Below, one piece after another: positions 25,328-32,000 of a stretch of 32,000 nucleotides of DNA. Under the pieces are notes generated by a model, which worked only from the letters and a program-made list of their open reading frames with translations, did not search any database and was not told the origin of the DNA. Source of the DNA: Archaeoglobus fulgidus DSM 4304 (lineage in GTDB: Archaea; Halobacteriota; Archaeoglobi; Archaeoglobales; Archaeoglobaceae); assembly GCF_000008665.1 (NCBI RefSeq), contig NC_000917.1, positions 360,001 through 392,000 of the forward strand, in the 5' to 3' direction. Position 1 is the stretch's first letter. The number at the start of each line of letters is the position of its first letter. The position numbers and the translations under genes were made by a program.

Positions 25328-26247
25328 ATTTTTACCATTTTTTCTATTTCTTTGATTAGCTCGTCAATTCCCTCGCCTGTAACGGCTGAGTAAGCTTGTC
25401 TATCCCTTCTGTCGTGCATGTCAGCCTTGCTGTACACCTCTACTGTTGGCTTGGCGAAGTAGCCCTTTATCTCCTCGAGAAGGGAAAGCTGCTTTTCCAG
25501 AGAGTATCCGCAGGTTTCTGTTGGGTCAATGACGAAAAGGATTATGTCAGCGAGGTGCTTTAAAGCGAGAACCGCCCTCCTCTCAATTCTGTTTCTCTTG
25601 CTCAACGGCCTGTCAAGAAGACCGGGCGTGTCAATGATTTGGACTCTCTTTCCAGCAAATTCAGCAAAGCCGAGGTTGATTTTCTTGGTGGTGAAGGGGT
25701 AGCTGGCAACCTCTGGCTTTACCGTTGAGATTCTTGCAACGAGCGAAGATTTTCCTACATTGGGGTAGCCTGCAACGACGATTGTGGGCAAATCCTGAAG
25801 AATGGGTATCTCCCTCATCCTGTTTTTGGCATCGTTCAGGAACCTAAGCTCATCATCAATCTGCTCGATGATTGATGCAACTCTGCCGTAGGCAGATTTA
25901 ACCACAGCAGAGGGATTTTTACCGCCCTTAACTTCCCTCACAGCTCTGCTCACAACCTTCTGAATCATCCCGTCCGCCCACTTCAGCGCTACGAGGGACT
26001 TCTTGAGCTGCCTTATTCCCACAACCACGTCAACCATTTCCCTGTAAAAGTCGGGAAGGTTTTCGTAGCTCGGATGGGCTCCGATAATCTTGCCGAAGTA
26101 GTCCCTTGAAACGTTGGAGATTGTTGCAAGCTTGTTCAAGGCTTTCTCCTTTGGATTTCTCCCCTCAACTCTCGCAGCTCTCCTGAAAATCTTGTCTATC
26201 AGCTCCTCTGCCGTTAGCACAGTCGGCAGCTTCTTGAAGTCCTGCAT
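25261..26247 (-). CDS. NOG1-family GTP-binding protein
   Basis: An N-terminal helical NOG1-type domain precedes the G domain. G1 is GYPNVGKSS, G3 is DTPGLLDRP and G4 is YSKAD. The C-terminal 22 codons overlap the ferredoxin gene convergently. Confidence 0.85.
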   Translation of the reverse strand: MQDFKKLPTVLTAEELIDKIFRRAARVEGRNPKEKALNKLATISNVSRDYFGKIIGAHPSYENLPDFYREMVDVVVGIRQLKKSLVALKWADGMIQKVVSRAVREVKGGKNPSAVVKSAYGRVASIIEQIDDELRFLNDAKNRMREIPILQDLPTIVVAGYPNVGKSSLVARISTVKPEVASYPFTTKKINLGFAEFAGKRVQIIDTPGLLDRPLSKRNRIERRAVLALKHLADIILFVIDPTETCGYSLEKQLSLLEEIKGYFAKPTVEVYSKADMHDRRDRQAYSAVTGEGIDELIKEIEKMVKIHSQTSTVIAPSGQTSTQEQHS

Positions 26248-26269
26248 CTGCTGAAGTTTTGCTCAGGGC

Positions 26270-27253
26270 TTATTTTGTTTTCCTTGCCACTATCATTTTT
26301 TGGTCCCCATAGCTGTGGATGCCGAGAATCTCAAAGTCATGTTTTTCGAGTTCTTTCAGGTATTCATCGAGGCTGAGGTCTCCTTTGAATGTAAATCTTT
26401 TCTCCCCCTTTTCAATGCCGAAATTCCAGAGGTTCCACTCAAGGTCGAGCAAATCCAAGCTGCAATCATCCCAGAAAAACTGCTTGTTTGCGTAAATGCC
26501 TCCAGAATTGAGTGCATTGCAAATTTTTGGAAACATTGCCGAATTTTTGCCCGCCGGATTGCATGATGAGAATATAAAATCGTACCCTCCCCCAATTTCG
26601 TCTTTGAAGAAATCGCCCGACATGAAGCGAACTCTCGCAGAGCTTTTGCAGTAATGCTTTGCCTTCTCAACAACTTCTGGAAGGTCGAAGACGACAGCCT
26701 CAAGATTCGGATTTAGCTGTGTGAAAGCAACAGAGTAAAGACCGTGACCTCCGCCGAGGTCAAGCATCTTCCTCGCCCTCCTGAATTCTTCGTACTGCGC
26801 AACAGTTTCAACAGCCCACTGAAGCTCTCCCATCATCGCATGCTCCGCCATCGCGTGAATAACGAGTTTGGAAAAGAGGTTTTCCCTTTTTACCTCAACA
26901 GCTCCCTTCTTTGCTATCTCCGCAAGGTTTAGCCAGATTTCCAGATCATAAAAGTGCTTTTTCAGGAAGTTCAGCATGGGGAGGCTGGAGTTCTTGCAGA
27001 GGTGCGTTTGGGCTATTCTTGAGTTGACGTACCTTTCTCCTTTTTTCTCCAGCAACCCCTCCTTGGCAAGGCACTCCAGCATGATTCCTGTAATCTTCCT
27101 GTCCCCTCCGATTTTTTTGGCAACCTCGTCCGCATCAGCCTCATTCCGCAAAGCCTCAAAGATTCCGAGCTCAAGGGCTGCTTTGAGCAGAAGAATTTTC
27201 CTGTATCCCTGGCTCCACTCCTGTACTAAGGCCAAGAAGTCACTGCGGGACAA
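26270..27253 (-). CDS. Class-I SAM-dependent methyltransferase, O-methyltransferase family-2-like, with an N-terminal wHTH dimerisation domain
   Basis: SAM motif I is MLDLGGGHGLYSVAF and the post-I acidic residue lies in VVFDLPEV. The N-terminal ~90 aa are helical and wHTH-like. The start overlaps the ABC ATPase stop by 14 nt. Confidence 0.8.
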   Translation of the reverse strand: MSRSDFLALVQEWSQGYRKILLLKAALELGIFEALRNEADADEVAKKIGGDRKITGIMLECLAKEGLLEKKGERYVNSRIAQTHLCKNSSLPMLNFLKKHFYDLEIWLNLAEIAKKGAVEVKRENLFSKLVIHAMAEHAMMGELQWAVETVAQYEEFRRARKMLDLGGGHGLYSVAFTQLNPNLEAVVFDLPEVVEKAKHYCKSSARVRFMSGDFFKDEIGGGYDFIFSSCNPAGKNSAMFPKICNALNSGGIYANKQFFWDDCSLDLLDLEWNLWNFGIEKGEKRFTFKGDLSLDEYLKELEKHDFEILGIHSYGDQKMIVARKTK

Positions 27254-27986
27254 TAAGAACCCTCCCGTTGTGCCTGAGAACTTCCACCTCTATGCCGTAA
27301 ACCTCCTTTATGTTCTCCTGCGTAAGAACCTCCTTACCGCCTGAAGCGAATATCCTGCCGTTTTTCAGCATTACTATTTTGTCTGCGAAGATGGCAGCAA
27401 GATTCAAGTCGTGCATGGTGGATATAACTGAAATCTCCTTCTCGTCGGCTATTTTCCGAAGAAGCTTCATTATCTCAATCTGGTTCTTCACGTCAAGGTT
27501 GTTCGTGGGCTCGTCCAGAAGGAGTATTTTCGGTTTCTGGGCTAAGGCTCTGGCAATCATTACTTTCTGAAGCTCTCCACCGCTTAGCTCGTTGATTCTT
27601 CTGTAGGAGAACTTCTTGAGGTCGAGCAGCGAAAGCACGTCCTCCACAATCCTGTAATCCTCATCGGATGGTGAAAAGCCCATGTAGGGCCTTCTGCCAA
27701 GCAGAACGACATCATAAACAGTTAAAAATCCTGAATCGCTTCTTTGGGGGACGTAAGCAAGCTTTCTGGCCAGATCTCTCCCCGAAAGCCTATCAATGCT
27801 AACCTTTTCAACGAGCACCGCTCCCTTTGGTTTCAGAATGCCGGCCATGCACTTCAGCAGAGTTGTCTTTCCGCTCCCATTGGGGCCGAGAATGAAAACG
27901 AATTCGCCCCTCTCAGCCTCAAACTCCAAATCCTGAATAACGGGTTTGGAGTTGTAGGAGTAGTATAAGCTCCTGACTTCAATCAT
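27240..27986 (-). CDS. ABC transporter ATP-binding protein (FepC/BtuD/HmuV type)
   Basis: Walker A is GPNGSGKTT, the signature is LSGGELQKV and Walker B is ILLLDEP. The H-loop is MHDL. Confidence 0.92.
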   Translation of the reverse strand: MIEVRSLYYSYNSKPVIQDLEFEAERGEFVFILGPNGSGKTTLLKCMAGILKPKGAVLVEKVSIDRLSGRDLARKLAYVPQRSDSGFLTVYDVVLLGRRPYMGFSPSDEDYRIVEDVLSLLDLKKFSYRRINELSGGELQKVMIARALAQKPKILLLDEPTNNLDVKNQIEIMKLLRKIADEKEISVISTMHDLNLAAIFADKIVMLKNGRIFASGGKEVLTQENIKEVYGIEVEVLRHNGRVLIVPQ

Positions 27987-27990
27987 TCTT

Positions 27991-28995
27991 TCACCTCCAG
28001 CCTCTCAAGAGGAGGAAAATGAACATGGGCGCACCGACGAAGGCCGTCACTATGCCAACTGGAATCATCACGGGGCTGATCACAGTCCTTCCGAAGGTGT
28101 CCGCAATTAGGAGAAGCGTTGCACCAAAAACCGTGCTGAGCGGAATAAGGAACCTGTGGTCCCCACTAACAGCAATTCTTATGGAGTGCGGGGCTACAAG
28201 CCCAACAAACCCAACAATTCCTGTAAATGAAACGCAGACGGCTGTGAGAAGGGATGAGATTACAAGTCCTTCGAGTCTGACTCTCTGCGGATTCACACCG
28301 AGCGAGATTGCAGTCTCATCGTTGAGAGTGAGGGCGTTGTAGTCCATCCGCCTGAAGATAAAGTAGAGCAGCGATACGGCAAAAATTGCGCCCATCAGGT
28401 AGATTTCATTCCAGTTAGTTCTCCCCATATCTCCAAACGTCCAGAAAACGACCGAGGCGACCATTACGTCCTCAGCGAAGTACTGCATGAGCATTGTTGC
28501 CGCCTGAAAGAGGGAGGCCATCGCAACGCCGGTGAGAATCATCGCCTCCGGAGTGAAGCTTCTGATTCTTGAGAGCGTTAGTATTACAAAAACGCTGATG
28601 AGTGATCCAAGAAAGGCGAAAAAGGGGACGAGGTAGGGGTTGAGAATTGTTATGCTCTCCCCCGTTCTGTGGAGCATTCCCGCGCCGAGGTAGATTATGG
28701 CAAAAGCCGCACCAAAGGCTGCTCCGTGCGAAACGCCGAGCGTGAAGGGTGAAGCGAGCGGATTTCTGAGTATGCACTGCATCACTGCCCCGCTTACAGC
28801 AAGGCTTGCACCTACAATCAGGGCTGTGACTATGCGGGGGAGCCTTATGTTGGTGATGACGGGGGAGTTTAGGCTGAAAATCTTTGCTGGAGAAAGGCTG
28901 TATGAGCCTGCGAGAAGGGATGCAGTAACTGAAAAAATTAGCAAGCTCAGGAGCAGCAGTTCAGCAACTCTTATTCTCCTTCTGTATTCGGTCAT
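27991..28995 (-). CDS. ABC transporter permease, FecCD/BtuC family
   Basis: The 334-aa ORF has ~9-10 TM helices and a typical FecCD C-terminal half (GIVGFVGLVAPH...R). Confidence 0.92.
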   Translation of the reverse strand: MTEYRRRIRVAELLLLSLLIFSVTASLLAGSYSLSPAKIFSLNSPVITNIRLPRIVTALIVGASLAVSGAVMQCILRNPLASPFTLGVSHGAAFGAAFAIIYLGAGMLHRTGESITILNPYLVPFFAFLGSLISVFVILTLSRIRSFTPEAMILTGVAMASLFQAATMLMQYFAEDVMVASVVFWTFGDMGRTNWNEIYLMGAIFAVSLLYFIFRRMDYNALTLNDETAISLGVNPQRVRLEGLVISSLLTAVCVSFTGIVGFVGLVAPHSIRIAVSGDHRFLIPLSTVFGATLLLIADTFGRTVISPVMIPVGIVTAFVGAPMFIFLLLRGWR

Positions 28996-30092
28996 TTCTC
29001 GAACACGTCTGCAATGTTCTTGAAACCGCCGTAGTGCTCTGCCATCTGCTCGTAAAGCTTTTTGCCAACGAGGAACTCGAAGATTTTGTCCGCCTTCTTT
29101 CCGGGGTCGATGTCTGCAAACTTATCGGGATAGAGAACCTTGCCGATGAAGTAGGAGTCGGCAATTGCAGTTTCTATGTTGGTGGTGTAGTAGTTGAAGG
29201 GCAGAATTCCGTAGATTTTCCCGTTCTTAAAGGCTTTGAGTGACTGGTAGATTTCGGGATTCTTCTCGTAGTCGTTAAGGACAAGGTGGAGGTTGTTCTC
29301 GTCGAGAAATATGATGTCCGGATCCCACTCAAGCAGCTTTTCCTTGTCGATGAAGAAAGCCCCGCTCACGTTCGCCTCGCAGGCAACGTTCTTTGCCCTG
29401 ACAACCATGAACGGAGGGAAGTTGCACTGCGTTGATTCTATGCCGTGACCTCCCTTGAAACCGAGCGCTCCAACGTAAACTGATAGCTTGTTTTCCTCAG
29501 GAACCCCCTCAACTCTTCCCGTTAAATCTTTGTAAGCGTTTTCGATGAAGCTTATTATCTCCTTAGCCCTCTCCTCCCTGCCAAGGATTTTCCCTGCAAG
29601 CCTTAGAGAGGTGTAGATTTCCTCAGCCCTGAAGTTTCCAAGCTCTCCGTAGCTGAGCACAACAACCGGCACTCCTGTTTGCTGCTGCAGAGTGTCTGCC
29701 TGCGTTGCATCAATGTAGCAGGCGAAGATGACGTCCGGCTTCACCGCAACGATGGCCTCAGCATTCGGTGACGGATTCGGGCCACCTTTGCCTATAGTCG
29801 GCAGATTGGCAAATTCGGGATGGGCCATTCTGTAAGGTCTTCCCATTTCAGGCCAGTTGGTCTCTGCATCCTCCACTCCTACGACCTTGTCGGATGCGTT
29901 GAGGTAAACGACCAGCCTCAAAGCTCCGGGGCCAATTGCAACAACCCTCTCAACTTTTTCAGGAACCTCAACTGTTCTGCCGAGCATGTCCGTAACCGTA
30001 ACCTTCCCGCCCTCCTTAACTTGAGCAGGCTGCTGAGCACAGCCGGCAATCAGAATCGCCAGAGCCAGAGCAAGGAGCGAAACCTTCCTCAT
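28992..30092 (-). CDS. Periplasmic-type substrate-binding lipoprotein, cluster-A/class-III (BtuF/FhuD/HmuT-like)
   Basis: A signal peptide with lipobox (LAILIAGC) is present. VVAIGPGALRLVVYL and PDIIFL are motifs of siderophore/heme/cobalamin binding proteins. The SD gggaggtg lies inside the end of the upstream gene. Confidence 0.85.
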   Translation of the reverse strand: MRKVSLLALALAILIAGCAQQPAQVKEGGKVTVTDMLGRTVEVPEKVERVVAIGPGALRLVVYLNASDKVVGVEDAETNWPEMGRPYRMAHPEFANLPTIGKGGPNPSPNAEAIVAVKPDVIFACYIDATQADTLQQQTGVPVVVLSYGELGNFRAEEIYTSLRLAGKILGREERAKEIISFIENAYKDLTGRVEGVPEENKLSVYVGALGFKGGHGIESTQCNFPPFMVVRAKNVACEANVSGAFFIDKEKLLEWDPDIIFLDENNLHLVLNDYEKNPEIYQSLKAFKNGKIYGILPFNYYTTNIETAIADSYFIGKVLYPDKFADIDPGKKADKIFEFLVGKKLYEQMAEHYGGFKNIADVFEK

Positions 30093-31190
30093 TCAGACCA
30101 CCTCCCTCATCTCTCCATCGAACTTCACAATCCCCCTACCAACAACGGCGTAGTAGCTGCCCGCACACCTCAAGCAGAGACCATCCTTAACGCGTGTGGC
30201 CATTGCAAGCTCTCCGCACTTCTCACACCTTTTGTTTTCAAAAATCGGTGCCCTCTCTATAGGCTGAACCTCTACAAACTCAACCTTGAACTCCTCTTCC
30301 GGAATCTCAAGCATCTTCCAGCCAGTCTCCTCCCAGAACTCGGAGAGCCTCTTTGCATCCTCCTCACTGCCCTCTCTCCTCACTATAACCTTGTTAAAGA
30401 GCTCAAGAGCCTCTTTGCTGAAGTACTTCCTCACGTTCTCAGCATTTACGTAAACTCTCACGCCCTTCCAGTCTTTTCTTCTGACTATAGTAAGAGCATT
30501 CTTTCCAAGGTCGAGGTAAATCAGAGAGTTGTTTCCGAGCGTGCATCCGGTTGCAACCTGCACGCCGTCAGTAAGGCAGTTGTTGCACTCCACTATTGCG
30601 AGAATATCCTCTCCAACACTCGCCATTGCATCTTCTTCAACTCCGAGCTTTTCCATTGCTATGACGGACATTCTAACTCCGAGCGCAACGAAGGGGCAGA
30701 TGTGACCGTGAAACTCCTTTGCCCTCAAAAGCAGCCTTGTCAGCTTTGATTGAGGATTTGCCTCCTCAAACCATCCGATTTTCGCGTTTCCTACTGAATC
30801 TATCGTAGAAGAGTACGGCTTTATATCCACAACTGGTGTGCCGTCGAGAGCATCGAGTCCTTTAACCTTCAGAACTCTCCCATCCCTTTCAAGCAGCTCA
30901 ACAACTGCGAAACCAATCGGATTCGGGCGATGGGGAGAGCGGGTCGCAAAGACTCCATGTTCTCTGCTGTCGTGAGGAGGAACAACAAGCAAAGCGTCCC
31001 TGTTTGCTCTGTCAAGCCAGTAGAGGACAATAAGATGAGTGCAGGTTTCAATATCCTTCAAACCGTCCTCAAACTCCGGGAAAATCTCGATTTCTACTGT
31101 TTCCTTGGAGAACCTTCCCTGATGTGGAGCTTTGCTAAAGTTTTTGTAGGGAGACCTTATCACACCTACCTGCCTTAGCTGCACGAGCAT
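30093..31190 (-). CDS. Fusion protein: N-terminal TrmO/TsaA (YaeB)-like SAM-binding domain + C-terminal FmdE-like domain with a terminal zinc ribbon
   Basis: The TsaA part is VGVIRSPYK...HGVFATRSPHRPNPIGFAVVELLE...GLDALDGTPVVDIKPY. The FmdE part is EFHGHICPFVALGVRMSVIAMEKLG. The C-terminus is CEKCGE...CLRCAG. I prefer the start at Met-27 of the track ORF (MLVQLRQVG). Confidence 0.8.
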   Translation of the reverse strand: MLVQLRQVGVIRSPYKNFSKAPHQGRFSKETVEIEIFPEFEDGLKDIETCTHLIVLYWLDRANRDALLVVPPHDSREHGVFATRSPHRPNPIGFAVVELLERDGRVLKVKGLDALDGTPVVDIKPYSSTIDSVGNAKIGWFEEANPQSKLTRLLLRAKEFHGHICPFVALGVRMSVIAMEKLGVEEDAMASVGEDILAIVECNNCLTDGVQVATGCTLGNNSLIYLDLGKNALTIVRRKDWKGVRVYVNAENVRKYFSKEALELFNKVIVRREGSEEDAKRLSEFWEETGWKMLEIPEEEFKVEFVEVQPIERAPIFENKRCEKCGELAMATRVKDGLCLRCAGSYYAVVGRGIVKFDGEMREVV

Positions 31191-31315
31191 CACCTTTTTG
31201 TGTGGTGTTACTAACAACTGTGCTAATGGCAGACTGAAGATTAAAATTTTGGTTTTTGGTGTTACCAAAGGTTACAAAGAACAGTAAATTTATGAGAAGA
31301 AAAATTGAAAGAAAA

Positions 31316-32000
31316 TCACTTACGAACCCCCAACCTCCTCAGCACCTCAGTAGCCCTCTCCTGCCCGAAGTACTCGTAAACACCTCCCTTGCTGCCCGGC
31401 TTTAACGATGGGTCGCCCAGATAGCCAGCATCCACAAGCTGGACGAGTAGCTTTGGAGGTGCCCACTTGGGGTCTTTCGTTGCCTCGAACATCGCCTCGT
31501 AGATTCTGAGCCTCGTGTCGAGGCCGACCAAATCTCCCGTCTCAATGGGGCCCATAGAGTAGCCGTAGCCGAGCATCATGCCGATGTCGATGTCCTGCGG
31601 TGTCGCAACACCTTCCTGAACCATCAGCAAGGCCTCCTTGCCAAGAACAAGGCCAAGGCGGGAGGTAGCAAAGCCGGGGGAGTCATTGACGACGATGGGC
31701 ACTTTTCCCAGCTTGAGGAACCAGTCTCTGATGCCGTTAACAAGCTTCTCGTCGCTCAGCAAGCCCTTTACAAGCTCAACAAGCTTCTGAATCTGCGCTG
31801 GGTTGAAGAAGTGAATGCCCAGAAACCTCTCTGGGTTGCTGACGGCGGAGGAGAGCTTGGTTATGCTTATTGAGGAGGTGTTTGAGCCTATGACCGCATC
31901 CGTAACAGCATCAATCTCCCTCAGAACCTTCAGCTTCAGGTTAACGTCCTCGAAAACGGCCTCTATTACCAGATCACAGTCCTTTAAAGCGCTGTGAGAT
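31316..32000 (-). CDS. 3-hydroxyacyl-CoA (3-hydroxybutyryl-CoA) dehydrogenase, partial (5' end beyond the window)
   Basis: The frame stays open upstream of the track ORF to the window edge: ...DLVIEAVFEDVNLKLKVLREID...GSNTSSISITKLS...RFLGIHFFNPAQIQKLVELV. The 3HCDH C-terminal domain follows (SPGFATSRLG...GYSMGPIETGDLVGLD). Confidence 0.85.
   Translation of the reverse strand, partial: SHSALKDCDLVIEAVFEDVNLKLKVLREIDAVTDAVIGSNTSSISITKLSSAVSNPERFLGIHFFNPAQIQKLVELVKGLLSDEKLVNGIRDWFLKLGKVPIVVNDSPGFATSRLGLVLGKEALLMVQEGVATPQDIDIGMMLGYGYSMGPIETGDLVGLDTRLRIYEAMFEATKDPKWAPPKLLVQLVDAGYLGDPSLKPGSKGGVYEYFGQERATEVLRRLGVRK

Noticed and set aside
29820-30749. 309-aa plus-strand ORF
   Set aside because: It lies antisense to the binding-protein and TsaA-FmdE genes. 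It is low-complexity and Leu/Ser/Asn-rich, with no start context, so it is a shadow ORF.
31191-31315. Short hairpin tttggt-gtt-accaaa and AT-rich tract between the hbd-like gene and the TsaA-FmdE gene
   Set aside because: The stem is only 6 bp. The region is adequately explained as a T-rich archaeal terminator for the upstream gene plus a TATA-like promoter for the operon. This is too weak to call a structured RNA.

Overview
The window reads as euryarchaeal chromosome, almost certainly Archaeoglobus (A. fulgidus-like). That assignment rests on my recognition of the proteins, not on a database search. Coding density is about 90%, with frequent 4-16 nt start/stop overlaps and TATA boxes 22-30 nt upstream of start codons, which implies many leaderless mRNAs.

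The core landmark is the dissimilatory sulfite reductase locus, dsrA-dsrB-dsrD (21478-24109). It is transcribed divergently from a uroporphyrinogen-III C-methyltransferase (first step of siroheme synthesis). An uncharacterised Cys-motif protein and a 2x[4Fe-4S] ferredoxin follow it.

Other confident calls:
- two Nox/CoA-disulfide-reductase paralogues, one fused to a rhodanese domain
- a PfkB sugar kinase
- the archaeal ether-lipid pair GGGP synthase and DGGGP synthase
- tRNA-Arg(CCU)
- KptA/Tpt1
- a class-I aminotransferase (DapL/AspB type)
- an 863-aa multi-PAS/GAF sensor
- CysRS
- BtpA
- a NOG1-type GTPase
- a type-III (BtuF/FhuD-like) ABC importer
- a partial 3-hydroxyacyl-CoA dehydrogenase

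I found no CRISPR array, transposase, integrase or rRNA.

Most interesting unexplained content:
1. A minus-strand array of three tandem paralogues of an uncharacterised protein family (17070-18564), just downstream of a minimal kinase-like gene. The middle copy is broken by two 1-nt deficits in G-runs.
2. A tightly coupled five-gene operon joining a TrmO(TsaA)-FmdE fusion protein, the ABC importer and an O-methyltransferase (26270-31190).
3. A PAS/GAF sensor that ends in a histidine-kinase-like dimerisation helix. Asp sits at the phospho-acceptor position and there is no ATPase domain.
4. A secreted/membrane gene cluster (1636-3535) under a divergent wHTH regulator, with a perfect palindromic operator candidate and frame junctions at homopolymers.
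5. Several apparent frameshifts, all located at short homopolymers or GG dinucleotides.
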